A DNA stretch of 64,000 bases. Origin: Octopus vulgaris. Taxonomy: Eukaryota. The notes under the pieces were generated by a model. The model had not been told where the DNA came from. It ran no database searches and worked only from the letters and a program-made list of their open reading frames with translations. Location: contig OX597815.1 of NCBI GenBank assembly GCA_951406725.2, positions 15,376,001 through 15,440,000 of the forward strand. Reading direction: 5' to 3'. Below, piece after piece: positions 1-11,962 of the stretch (position 1 is its first letter; each line of letters begins with the position of its first letter). Position numbers and translations under genes: made by a program.

Positions 1-193
1 CTTTTAAACTTCGTATTCTGGTAGAATGTGTCATATAAAACATCTTTTTCTCTTGGCGTTCTTGAGAAAAAATTATGTAGTTTGTAAGCTATTTCTTGTT
101 TAATTTCTTGTATTTTGGCAATTTCAACCAATCAATGACGTCTATTGAAGTGAATACAATTACTGCTGTTGCTTGCCAGCAAGTGAAAAGATC
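1..193. mobile_element. Partial, related copy of the Merlin-type MITE (truncated by window start)
   Basis: Bases 1-150 match the interior of the copy at 17226-17648. Ends in a degenerate AAAAGATCC terminus. Confidence 0.65.
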
Positions 194-834
194 CTAATCG
201 ATTTACCCCCTATCATGATATTGCTGGTCTTGTGCAAAAAAAACTGAAACCATTATTATTTGGACGATGGATTTGCGGAATCGTTGGAGCATCGGTGCTT
301 TACGTTCTGAATTAAAAACTCTCTGAAATCAATTTGGCTTTCATCGTATTGGGATCATCTCAGACTAAGTGCCCTACTTAGAAACAGCTATTGTTATTAT
401 TATCCTAGTGTTTCATCGCTACATTCCTTATACATTAGTTCTGCCGCTCATTTGCCTCCGTCAAATTCTGACATTGTTTTCCACCTCCAGCTAAGGATAG
501 TTCAGCTATTATAATACGAGACTGAATTATTTTATTTGTTTTTACTGGCATATGTTCATAGAGAATGGAATGAAGTTCTGCTGGAATCAGCAGCTTGGTG
601 GCGATGATGGTAGCGTTAGATATCGTTAGCGTGGTAGTGGTAGTGGTGTACGTACAGGAATCAGCAGCTTGGTGGTACGTAAACCGAAGCTCAGATAAAA
701 TCAAGTAAAAACAGAAAAATAAATAACTGAAAAAACTAGTTGTAGACTGACTGGTTAAGAGGTTGGCTTCGTAATCACGAGTTTTCGAGTTCGATCTCGC
801 GCATCGCATGGTTTTATTTGGCAAGTATTTTTTT

Positions 835-1052
835 TTATTGCCCACAAGGGGCTAAACATAGAGGGGACAAACAAGGACAGACAAATGGATTAAGTCGATA
901 ACATCGACCTCAGTGCGTAACTGGTACTTAATTTATCGACCCCGAAAGGATGAAAGGCAAAGTCGACTTCGGCGGAATTTGAACTCAGAACGTAACGGCG
1001 GACGAAATACCACAAAGCATTTCGCCCGGCGTGCTAACGTTTCTGCCAGCTC
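835..1052 (-). mobile_element. tRNA-derived SINE family A (Meta/MESC-like core)
   Basis: Reverse complement of GAGCTGGCAGAAACGTTAGC...GAGTTCAAATTCC (A/B-box head), core GCCTTTCATCCTTTCGGGGTCGATAAA and tail. About nine copies in the window. Superfamily name is from recall. Confidence 0.85.
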
Positions 1053-1397
1053 GCAACCTTGTTTAGCAAGTATCTTTTACCATAGCAATGGGTTGAAATT
1101 GGGGAACCGGAAATTGTGTGGAAGACAGTCGGATGGATTGTACCTGTTGTTCAAAAGCACCAACCTTGTCAACATAGTGTGACATTTCCTGGGAATCACG
1201 TTAAGGATCTGAATAATACTCATTTACACATTAATCCAGAAGAGTACGTCATTCAATTGATAGGACAACCCAATTCTTATCGTCGAAGTTGACGGAGGCT
1301 CCACTTCAAAATATAACAGTTAAATAATTGATTGATTATAATGTAGCAGTTTCGTAAAATACAGTCACTTATGCAATTCATAAATGATACACATATG

Positions 1398-1796
1398 GGA
1401 TCATTTCGGTTTGAACGGCAGTTTTTCCTAGCAGTGTCATATGAAATTGTCACCCATAATTATGACCCTAGTATCGATCTATTGCATTTCAATCTGTTTT
1501 AGGGTTAGGGGTGGAGGGAAGGGTATCTTTTTTTCTTCAGAAATGTAAATAAACCCAATCTGTTTCTTAAACGAGGGACACATTCATACGGCACAGAATG
1601 TTTTTAAATCTCAATAGACGTCATTGATTGGTTGAAATTGCAGAAATTGAAGAAAATTACAAACTATAGAATTTTCTCAATAAAGCCAAGAGAAAAAGAT
1701 GTTTTATAAACATATTCTACCAGTTATACGAAGTTTAAAAGTGTTTAGTTACGTGGAAATTATTTTTAAAAACTGTCGGTCAAACCGAAAAGATCC
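1398..1796. mobile_element. Merlin-type MITE (~400 bp)
   Basis: ~29-bp TIRs GGATC(A/T)TTTCGGTTTGAACGGCAGTTTTT. Degenerate 8-bp TSD cacatatg/cagatgtg. Same family as 10605 and 17226. Confidence 0.85.
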
Positions 1797-2002
1797 CAGA
1801 TGTGAAGATAAGACGTTTGACATTGTTGTGTTGTTATTTTTTTTTGTTCGTTTGTTTGTTTTTTTGGTGTGCTGATTGTTCCCAGTTCAAGATGAGAAGG
1901 TAGGGAAGAGCAGTGAGTTAAATAAACACCACCAGGTTAGCTACTTCCAAGCTGCCTCAGTTATGGTATACGAATCACTGATGATAACATAAATATGACT
2001 AT

Positions 2003-2350
2003 AGGCATGTATATGGCTGTGTGGTAAGAAGCTTGCTTCCCAACCATATGGTTCCAAGTTCAGTCCCACTACATGGTACTTTGGGCAAGTGTCTTCTACT
2101 ATAGCCTCGGGCTGGCCAAAGCCTTGTGAGTGGATTTGGTAGACAGAAACTGAGAGAAGCCCATCATGTATATATATATATATATATATATGTGTATGTG
2201 TGTGCCTTTCTCTGTCTTTGTCCCCCACCAACGCTTGACAACCGATGCTGGTGTGTTTACATCCCAGTAACTTAGCGGTTCAGCATCGACTAAAAAACCC
2301 TTTAAGGCGATGGTCCAGCATGGCCGCTGTCAAATGACTGAAACGTGTAA
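2003..2350 (+). mobile_element. tRNA-derived CORE-type SINE family B (octopus OR-like)
   Basis: Head TGGCTGTGTGGTAAG...GTTCAGTCCC, CORE-like TTGGGCAAGT, internal (TA/TG)n, tail AAATGACTGAAAC. About ten copies in the window. Confidence 0.85.
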
Positions 2351-2822
2351 GATATATTTATATATATAAATAATGTATAATCTTATATCCTATCATCAGA
2401 AAAAGGGAAGAACACACTATATAATGTAGTCCTAGATACAATAAATCTAGAAAAATCAAAAAAAAATCTGGATGGTCATGATTGGAATGCCTTTTGACCA
2501 GAACTGATCTGGACATACAGAACAGGTGATTACATATTTAACAGAATATAGATGTAGTTATGAGGGAGTCCCTGTGACCACTCATTAGAAACATCAGATT
2601 AATTCCCCCATATTAATTTTTGTTGTTCTGATTCAGCAAGTAAGATAAAGGGTGTTTCAGAAGTGACCACCCATTCTTTTGCTCTTCAAGAGAGGGACAT
2701 ATGGCTGTTATTTCTTAAAAATCAAATGTTGCATTGGCAGCTTTCTTGTTGATTCTAATAAGTACTAGAAATGAGTGGAACAAACATTTCTAGTCTTCAT
2801 ACTAAAATATAGATATATATTT

Positions 2823-2985
2823 CTTTACTACCCATAATGGGCTAAACATAGAGGGGACAAACAAGGACTGACAAAAGGGATTAAGTCGATTACATCGACC
2901 CCAGTGCGAAACTGGTACTTTATTTATCGACCCCAAAAGGATGAAAGGCAAAGTCAACCTCGGCGGAATTTTGAACTCAAAACGA
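2823..2985 (-). mobile_element. SINE family A, 5'-truncated
   Basis: Near-identical to 835-990. Confidence 0.8.
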
Positions 2986-3944
2986 ATTTGAACTAAAAAA
3001 AAAAATTGTACTTTGATCCTCCAGCAAGAGAATTATATTGTCTGTGACATTCTAGAAGAGAAATTCCACTCTTACATCCAGTCTGAGATTAACTGTTTCT
3101 GGAGGTGGTAGTTGTTCCCAATATTTATTAATCGCCTCCACGATTACAAGAAATACTAATCAATTGTAATAATGATCATGAGTAGATTAGAGACTTAAGT
3201 CCCCAATTTACTTCCTCCCTTCCTTAACCAATCTGCAGTTCTTGTATAACTGGCCAATATATGTAACCCATTCTTTTATACTTCCAGGCTCTAACCAGTC
3301 ACTGTGGATACAAAAGCCAGATATTTTATGTTTCATTAACATTGGTAAGTGTTTACAATTTTTTTATCTCTCTCTCTCTTTCTCTCTGTCCTTCAACTCA
3401 TTGGTTCACAAATAAAATTTCTAAAACTATTCTTAAGTTCATTCCTCAGCTTTACAATCACAGTGTGCTATGATACAAAGCCAACCACTTCTGTGGTAGA
3501 TTTTACAATGTCTCTCAAAATTATGTTAGACTTTACAACAATTCAGTTGGGATCTTTGAAATGCTATAAATCAGTGGTTCTCAACCTTCTGTTGTTGCTC
3601 AGTATTCACTTTCACTCAATTGTGTATTACAAATAGCTTCTCTGTATGTTTTGCAAATAGAAAATACAACAAATTATTTTAATGAAAGTTAATTTGATTT
3701 TGGGAACTGATTTGTTATTCATATTTTCTTATACTACCTCATCAATCACGCTCTTTGTTTGAGATATTTGTGTAGACGAGTGGCTTCTTGGTTAAATTTA
3801 TATGAAAACTGTTAAAGAAAGGAAGGATTTATATAATGAAATATTTAGACCTTAGCGCATCATCAATCCGGTTTCTGCTTTCTGATAACACAATATCCAA
3901 TTCATATTCTACCCTTCACTAATTTTATCGAACTGTCATCATTA

Positions 3945-4150
3945 TCATCATCATTTAACGTCCACTTTCCATGCTAGCATGGGTTGGACGATTTGACTGA
4001 GATCTGGCGAATCAGACTCCAATCTGATCTGGCAGAGTTTCTACAGCTGGATGCCCTTCCTAACACCAACCACTCTGAGAGTGTAGTGGGTGCTTTTACG
4101 TGCCACCGGCATGAGGGCCAGTTTGGTGGTACTGGCAACGGCCACGCCCA
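3945..4150 (-). mobile_element. RTE-LINE 3' tail repeat (family C)
   Basis: (CAT)n-TTTAACGTCC...CAGCTGGATGCCCTTCCTAA; same sequence as the 3' UTR at 46800-47232. Confidence 0.8.
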
Positions 4151-4732
4151 AAAATATAACTATTGTAACTGCTTGAAGTATTTTGTTTCTAAGAAAACTC
4201 TCAACCCCTTCTCAGCACTCTCTTGTAAGCTCACAAATCCTTTAAGGAGTCGACTGCATAGATTTTACAGTGTCTGTCAAAACTATGTAGTACAATATTA
4301 GTCTTTGCAAAATACCTTATTTGCTCTATTATTAGGATTTCTTTTTATCTTTCTCATGTTGGTTTGTGAATATAGTTTGGGCAAAGTATCTGAAGACATT
4401 CAACAAAGATATGAAAAGTGATGCATATTTAAGAAAGCTGTGTGCAGTTGCTTTTATCTTCAAATCATCATATATGTACATTAAATACTTAATCCAGATT
4501 TCTGTATTGTTAGATGGATAAGATAGCTGTTCTCATGGTCCAGAGAGTAGTCAATTCTAGAAAACTTTCCTCAGTCTCTGGTTCCTGAAACCCAAGAGAA
4601 GAAATATACTTAGAGAAATATTACAAAATGTTTGCTTTGGATTTGAACTCATTCACCTAAAATTCCATTTACCAATGCTATATTCTTGTGTTCTCATGAG
4701 AATGTGTTTGGAAAATTGTGTATATATTTTAC

Positions 4733-5056
4733 CCGTGCCAGTGACACGTAAAAAGCACTGTCTGAACGTGGCAGATGCCAGCGCTGCCTGACTGGCATCC
4801 GTGTCGGTGACACGTAAAAGCACCAACTGATCGTGGTCATTTGCCAGCCTGCTCTGGCCCCTGTGCCAGTGGCACGTAAAAAAAACCCACTACACTCACA
4901 GAGTGGTTGGCATAAGGAAGGGCATCCAGCTATAGAAACACTGCCAAATCAGACTGGAGCCTGGTGCAGCCTCCATGGCTTCCAGACCCCAGTTGAACTG
5001 TCCAACCTATGCTAGCATAGAAAACGGACGTTAAATGATGATGATGATGATGATGA
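4733..5056 (+). mobile_element. RTE-LINE 3' tail repeat (family C)
   Basis: ~60-bp internal subrepeats, AGGAAGGGCATCCAGCT, ends CGTTAAA(TGA)n. Confidence 0.8.
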
Positions 5057-5417
5057 TTTTACATTCTGCTGCAGTATCTGAACACAGGCGTTATACTTAA
5101 CCACTTGGATCAGAATTAAATTTCCTTGCACAGCCCATTAGGGAAGGTATTTTCCACCAAAGTCTCAGGCTGAATAACTTATGAGTGGAATTTGGTTGTC
5201 AGAACATGTGAAGAAGCCATCATATGAATACATTGTGTGTGTGTGAAGGATGTAAACATTTGTGAGAAAACAAGAAACCAGTTTCTTTGCAAATGAAGAC
5301 CCTTGTGATAGTTGTTCTGCATCAATTTGGAAATACTACCTTGTAATTCTTGCCATCAGAAATGTTATTGGCCAATGATTAGTTGGCTGGAAGCATGAAG
5401 CAATGGAGAGTATTGTT

Positions 5418-5810
5418 CATCATCATCATCGTTTAACATCTGCTTTCTATGCTAGCATGGGTTGGACGATTTGACTGAGGGCTGGTGAACCAGATGGCTG
5501 CACAAGGCTCCAATCTTGATTCTACAGCTGGATGCCCTTCCTAACACCAACCACTCCGAGAGCGTAGTGGGTTCTTTTACGTGCCACCGGGATGGGGACC
5601 AGTCAGGCAGTACTAGCAATGACCTCACTTGAATCTTTTTACACATGCCACCGGCACAGGTACCAGTAAGGTGACACTGTTATTGATCACTCTCGAATGG
5701 TGTGTTTTACATGCCACCGGCACAGAAGCCAGTTAGCCGCTCTGGCAACGATCATGCTCGGATGGTGCTCTTAGCACCCTACTAGCACGGGGCACAAGTG
5801 CCAGTAAAGC
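5418..5810 (-). mobile_element. RTE-LINE 3' tail repeat (family C)
   Basis: Inverted relative to the 4733-5056 copy. Confidence 0.8.
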
Positions 5811-6052
5811 ATTAAAAATGTTGTTAATGATAAAAAAAAATAACCTATATTATTCTACTGCTTGCTGCTAATTTGTTTCTTTGTTCTGGAGAAGGGATTG
5901 CCTCCTTGGTTTTTTCAAGTCCTCCAAGCCGGATGCGACCATGCTAGAGCTATATGGTTAAACTGTTGGTTTTATTTTCAGTAAATTAACTGAATATAAT
6001 TTAAAATCCCATTAACTTTAGTGAAAAGCTTGATATTCCTGTAGAGAAGAAA

Positions 6053-6106
6053 AGGTCAAGTGGGTCAGAGGTGAGAAGTTTTAAAGGTCATAGAGGTCAA
6101 AGTTGA
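6053..6106 (+). promoter_or_regulatory. Cluster of nuclear-receptor half sites (two DR3+DR1 modules)
   Basis: AGGTCA-agt-GGGTCA-g-AGGTGA (6053-6074) and AGGTCA-tag-AGGTCA-a-AGTTGA (6085-6106), ~450 bp upstream of the putative first coding exon. Confidence 0.55.
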
Positions 6107-6186
6107 GTTTTAATTAGAATGTTATCTCATCTTTTCCCCCTTGCTGGAGAATCTACAGGCTTGGAACATTGACATTTAAATTGCAC

Positions 6187-6515
6187 CCGCTCTTTCTCTC
6201 ACTCTCTCAATCTTACTCTCTTTGTTTCTCCTCTCTCTCACTCCCACTCTCTCTTCCTCTCTCTCACTCTCTTTCTCTCACTCTTTTTCTCTATCACTTT
6301 CTCTCTCTCACTCTTTTTCTCTATCACTTTCTCTCTCCCTCACTTTCTCTCTTTTCTCTTTCTCTTTTTTCTCTTTCTCACCTTTTCTCTTTCTCTCACT
6401 TTTCTCTCTCTCACTTTCTTTTCTCTCTCTCACTTTCTCTTCTCTCTCTCACTTTCTCTCTTTTCTCTCTCACTTTCTTCTTTTTCTCTCCCACTCCACA
6501 CACACACACACACAC
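6187..6515. repeat. Polypyrimidine (CT-rich) tract followed by (CA)n
   Basis: Visible directly; it accounts for the spurious Ser/Leu/Phe ORFs at 6169 and 6222. Confidence 0.9.
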
Positions 6516-6557
6516 TGTATCCCCAGCCTCATTTACACACCTCAGACCCTCCAGCTA

Positions 6558-6574
6558 ATGAATTCAGTTAATTG
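6558..6574 (+). CDS. PPP1R3: Probable first coding micro-exon of the PPP1R3 gene (MNSVN + 2 nt)
   Basis: ATG AAT TCA GTT AAT TG|gtaaga is a phase-2 donor matching the phase-2 acceptor ttccag|T AAC ATG at 7391, giving MNSVNCNMLG. A short first coding exon is known for vertebrate PPP1R3C. Confidence 0.5.
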
Positions 6575-6586
6575 GTAAGAAGACAC

Positions 6587-6600
6587 TGACCTATATAAAA
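6587..6600. promoter_or_regulatory. RORE/Rev-erb-type element (- strand) overlapping a TATA box (+ strand)
   Basis: TGACCTATATAAAA: the reverse complement TATATAGGTCA fits WAWNTRGGTCA exactly, and TATATAAAA is a TATA consensus. Confidence 0.45.
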
Positions 6601-6955
6601 CACCCATCAAAGAACAAACAATTTGTTTCCCCGTCCTGCTAATCCCTTAATAATTTCCTCCTGTTAATCCTACTTCATCTTCACATTATTTCGATGTTAT
6701 TAATAGACTTGAATTTTCACTGATCTTTTTTTAAATATTCTGTCATTTTAGTATGTCGTTATTGTATGTCCTTATCACCATCTTTTATTTCTTACTGTCC
6801 AAATTCTTGTATCCCGTCCATCAATGATATATTGTCAGCTTCAAAGCTGAAGAATTTACTTGGCTCTGATTTCTGCTAATGTGGAACGGCATGAATATTA
6901 GTTGATAAATGCTTTCGACAGTGACAGAGAAAAGCAGATTTTCACTTAATGGGTT

Positions 6956-7270
6956 CATCATTATCGTTTAACGTCCGTTTTCCATGCTAGCACGGGCTGG
7001 ACGGTTCGACCGGGGTCTGGGAAGCCAGGAGGCTGCACCAGGCTCCAGTCTGATCTGGCAGTGTTTCTACAGCTGGATGCCCTTCCTAATGCCAAACACT
7101 CCGCGAGTGTAGTGGGTGCTTTTTACGTGCCACCGGCACAGGTGCCAGGGGAGTCTGGCATCGGCCACGATCGGTTGGTGCTTTTAACGTGCCATCGGCA
7201 CGGAAGCCAGCCAAGGCGGCGCTGGCATCGGCCACGTTCGGATGGTGCTTTTTATGTGCCACCGGCACAG
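6956..7270 (-). mobile_element. RTE-LINE 3' tail repeat (family C) in the PPP1R3 intron
   Basis: Same family as above; it supplies the false start of ORF 7242..8351. Confidence 0.8.
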
Positions 7271-7390
7271 TCGGGTGGATGGCAGGATAATTATGATGGA
7301 TGTTCTTTTTTTATTTCATTTTTGCTATGTTTTTGTTTGTCATGAATCATCTATATATCTAAGAATTTTCTTAATTTTTTTTTTTTCCAG

Positions 7391-8351
7391 TAACATGCTT
7401 GGAACTGATGTGCACCTACTGCCAAACACAGGGATGCAAGTTGATTACACTACCTACATACTTTCTTCCAGTCCACCTGGAACAGGACTGGAGTTTCTTA
7501 ACAGCAACATTTTCTGTGAACCGCTTTCCAGTGCTGAACGAAGCTTTTGTGCCCATGCACCTCTTTATATTGAACAATGTATGAGCCGGAAGGCTTCAGG
7601 TGATTTAAAACCAATTATCATCCCAGACAGCCCACAGTCCAGTTCAGAACCAACCAGTTCAGAACCAACCAGCCCAGTAAATCGTTCACCTCTACGGCCC
7701 CTGTCACCAGGGAAACAAAAGAAAAGAGTATCTTTTGCAGACTGTTTTGGCTTTGCTTTGGCCACTATTCGTGTTATGACTGAACCTTCGGATGTTCCTC
7801 CCCTAGTTCGTCCAGAGATACTTTCCAGCCTTACAAAAGGATCATCAGCTTCAGTTACGAGCATACCTCCATTAAAGTTGTGCTTCACACAACCTGCAGC
7901 TGACTACGTTGCTTTCAGAGACCGTGTTGAAAAGAACTTTGTTTCTCTGGAGAATGTAATTCTCAAAGACTATCAAGTTACTGGTACAGTAAAAGTAAAA
8001 AATGTTGCATTCGAGAAACATGTATACATTAAATGTACTTTCGATTCTTGGAGCTCATCAGGAGAGGTTGACGCTACCTACCTAAACACAAACGGTTGCA
8101 GTCGTTTCGACACGTTCACATTTGAGATGAATGTACCAACAGGCTTTGATATCAGAAAGCAGATCCTCTTTGCTGTTGCTTACCGGACTGATAACAAAGA
8201 GTACTGGGACAATAATTATGGTAATGACTACCTCATTGTCTCATCGTATGCAAATGAAAATCCCAAACCATCCATTGATTTTAAGTGTTCTGACATTGAT
8301 ACAACATTTGCTAGTTGGAATAGTATGGACACAACAGTCCCCTATTGGTGA
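7391..8351 (+). CDS. PPP1R3: Protein phosphatase 1 glycogen-targeting regulatory subunit (PPP1R3B/3C-like, CBM21), main coding exon; first in-exon ATG at 7395
   Basis: RVxF PP1-docking motif KKKRVSFAD; CBM21 motifs GTVKVKNVAFEKHV and YWDNNYGNDY; family-typical C-terminus PYW*. Acceptor tttttccag ends at 7390; TGA at 8349-8351. Confidence 0.95.
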
Positions 8352-9362
8352 AGCTTCGTAAGTTTCATTAACTCCCCCATACCGTCCATCTGATAGACTT
8401 GGTGGAATATGGTGTTTCAACATACTCAGTTACTCACAAAATCTGCCTGTTCTAAAGAGAGGGTATAGATTATTGGATGACAGTTGTATTGGCAGATGAA
8501 CACACAATGATAAACAAAATTGTTTTACTTTTTTTTTTCTCATTCTAACCAGAGCTAAGCTGTGTCCATGTGAGTTTAAAAGCACGTTCCAGCCAATTAA
8601 TGATGGAGCTATGTAATATTTATTGCTTGTGTGATCTTAGTTGGGCTAGATGGCTATTAACTCTTTGACACATTTGGGGTTGATATGGGACGGTTGTGCC
8701 CACTAATCCTACCAAACAACAAAACAACAAAACCAGGTGCATTCTTTCTACACTAGTGAAAGATATTTTCATTTGACAATACAATAAGAAAAGAAAAAAA
8801 ATGAATATACTTATGGCAGTTCAGACAATCAATATTTCATCAAGGTTTCTATAATTGTCTGTATCTAAATTACTACCTTAAACATTAACTAGAAAAATGT
8901 TACCTCTGTTATAAGTATTTTTCACAAAAACCAACAGCAAATCTGAAAGGAAGGTAGAATTTGAAACATATTATACAAAGTGGCTTGTATGAATTAGGAA
9001 TTTCTATAGCTCTAAAATATTAGCCTAAATGTTTTCCTAAAACATCTGATCAAATTAAGGAAAAAATAATGACCTGTCTAATTAACAAAGGCAGAAAAAT
9101 ATCAGCATCATCATTGTTGCTATGTCACTCCAGTATGTCTTGTGTTATAAAGCACTGTAAACTTTTTGTAAAATAATACAGGTCCAAGCGGACGTTAAAT
9201 GATGATGATGATGATTATCAAAGAAGGAAAGAAAAACTTCCTTTTATCTTTGAATGATTGTTAAATTAATTTGTTAATGTGATATCTCAGTTTATATATT
9301 TATGTATTATATATATAATATACACATATATATATCAATAATATATACATGCACACACATAC

Positions 9363-9401
<39 letters not shown>

Positions 9402-10139
9402 CGCACACATTCACGTATATATGTCTATATATACATATATAGCTTCTCTGCCTCTACTTTCTTAAAGGGAAATTTTAAATTTCTGGATTAATTAATTAAA
9501 GAAAAATTAATTCCTTGTTGCCTTTCTACCAATTTCTCCACATACATGTAACATCAATTTCACTGAGTAACTGAAATGAAGGGAAACAAACAAATTTTCT
9601 TTAATAGCAGAATGCAATTTGAAGATTAAAGAAATTAAATTTTTAATTCTTCTTGATGATTTTCGCTGCTACCACCAATATTCATTACAATTACACTTAA
9701 CCAAATATTTTCAGTTACTCCTGTGTTTGTCCCGAATATTCTTCACATAGATAAAAAGATTTGCATTTCTTTATTTATGGAATAAATGAAGCATTTGGAA
9801 AGCAATACTGACATGCATATTTTAAATGTAGCGATTGGGTTTAATATTTTGAAATATGCTAGTATTTGCATTCCACCTACTGAAATGAAATTGCACTGTT
9901 TGTTACTGGAGATATGAGTTTGGTAAATCTATCTTACTGGTGGCATAATTTCCTGTCCAGATAATTCTACCATGTATCTTTCATGTGATTGGATTGATTA
10001 ATCCAATATTTTTTTCTTGAACACGGACCTATATATATATATAGGTTTATCTGCACAATTCTATACAAACAGCATCTGTGAACAATAAATGTGGCTGGGT
10101 GAATAATATGTATTTTTTTATGGTTATCAACATACCCAC

Positions 10140-10176
<37 letters not shown>

Positions 10177-10534
10177 ATATAGTTATGTGTAATATATATA
10201 TATGCAACACATGTTTATTATAAACAAGTATTAATGAAATCATCAGGTTTTACTGACAAATTGATATGAATTTTATTCAAACTTGCTTGAATTTAATAAA
10301 TTTGAAATATCTTAACTATAATCTTGTCTCACTGAACTGCTCTCATCATTTTAATAGTCACAAATTTAGCCATTATAGCATTGCTATTGCCCACCACAAG
10401 CCAATGCATATATTCAAGTAGTCATGTTCAAGGAACATCGGCACTTTGTGGGGAGACCACTTTCTACTCATGCTGTTGATTTCTTACTCTCCTCTCCACG
10501 TGTGATATGTTTATAGTGATGTATATTTTTTTAC

Positions 10535-10540
10535 AATAAA
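10535..10540 (+). terminator. Candidate distal polyadenylation signal of PPP1R3 (~2.2-kb 3' UTR)
   Basis: AATAAA followed by T/GT-rich sequence at the end of a largely TE-free stretch. Other AATAAA hexamers occur upstream (e.g. 9781, 10084). Confidence 0.35.
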
Positions 10541-10604
10541 ATATTGATTAGAAAACTTTAATCTTTATTTGTATTTCTTCTGTAAACAGACTATATCATT
10601 ATCC

Positions 10605-11017
10605 GGATCTTTTCGGTTTGAACAGCAGTTTTTCTAGCGGTGTCATATGAAATTGTCACTCATAATTATGACCCTAGTATCAATCTATTGCATTTCAATC
10701 TGTTTTAGGGTTAGGGGTGGAGGGGAAGGGTATCTTTTTTTTTCTTCAGAAATGTAAATAAACCCAATCTGTTTCTTAAACGAGGGACATATTCATACGG
10801 CACAGAATGTTTTCACCTCAATAGACGTCATTGATTGGTTGAAATTGCAGAAATTGAAGAAAAATAACAAGAAATATCTTACAAACTATAGAATTTTCTC
10901 AATAAAGCCTAGAGCAAAAGATGTTTTATAAACACATTCTACCAGTATACGAAGTTTAAAAGTTTTTAGTTGCGTGGAAATTATTTTTAAAAACTGCCGT
11001 TCAAACCGAAAAGATCC
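10605..11017. mobile_element. Merlin-type MITE
   Basis: TIRs start GGATCTTTTCGG. Perfect 8-bp TSD CATTATCC at 10597-10604 and 11018-11025. GG termini with an 8-bp TSD fit the Merlin superfamily. Confidence 0.88.
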
Positions 11018-11180
11018 CATTATCCTTATCAAATAGTCTTTATTTCTATGTTTGTTTGTCATACAGGTTATCCCTTCATGTTGCAGTTTTTGTATCATGT
11101 TTGTTAAGAAAGCTCACTGAGATTTGATCTTATAACATCTTCCTTGTTTTTCTTTAGTCCTATTCTTTTATGGCTCTTGT

Positions 11181-11419
11181 TTAACCCTTTCATTACCAAC
11201 CCGGTTGAAACCAGCTCTGGATCTCAGTACAAATGTCTTGTTTTCATAAATTTTGAATCAAAGCCTTCCACCAAAAGAAAAAAAAGGCCTAGTCACAATT
11301 TATGTTCCTAACACCAGCTGAATGATAACTAAGTTATTTTACTAAATTCTTTGTCATATTTAAAGTAATTGAAAGAAACGCAGAGCATCTCAAAATAAAT
11401 ACAGTAACGAAAGGGTTAA
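11181..11419. mobile_element. piggyBac-type MITE family 1
   Basis: TTAA-CCCTTTC...GAAAGGG-TTAA; five full copies in the window. Confidence 0.88.
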
Positions 11420-11562
11420 CCAGCACAAATTGTCAATCTGAACCACATATACATACCAGCTTAGACCTTTACACATCAGCTGGCGCTATTTCAATATCCA
11501 GCCACTTTCAAAGTCCTGTCAAACTGAACCAGCTCTATCTGTACATGGCACATTACATCTAC

Positions 11563-11696
11563 GAACCACGTGGTTCCGGGTTCAGTCCCACTGCGTGGCA
11601 ACTTGAGCAAGTGTCTTCTACTATAGCCTCGGGCCGACCAAAGCCTTGTGAGTGGATTTGGTAGACGGAAACTGAAAGAAGCCTGTCGTATATATG

Positions 11697-11728
<32 letters not shown>

Positions 11729-11962
11729 ATATGTATATATATATATGTTTGTGTGTCTGTTTGTCCCCCCAACATCACTTGACAACCGATGCTGGTGTGT
11801 TTACGTCCCCGTCACTTAGCGGTTCGGCAAAAGAGACCGATAGAATAAGTACTGGGCTTACAAAAGAATAAGTCCCGGTGTCGAGTTGCTCGATTAAAGG
11901 CGGTACTCCAGCATGGCCACAGTCAAATGACTGAAACAAGTAAAAGAGTAAGAGTAAAGAGT
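11563..11962 (+). mobile_element. CORE-type SINE family B
   Basis: Matches family B, with an (AAGAGT)n tail. Confidence 0.85.

Noticed and set aside
7242-7390. N-terminal extension of the 369-aa ORF
   Set aside because: It starts inside an RTE tail repeat and runs through the polypyrimidine tract, so it is intronic.
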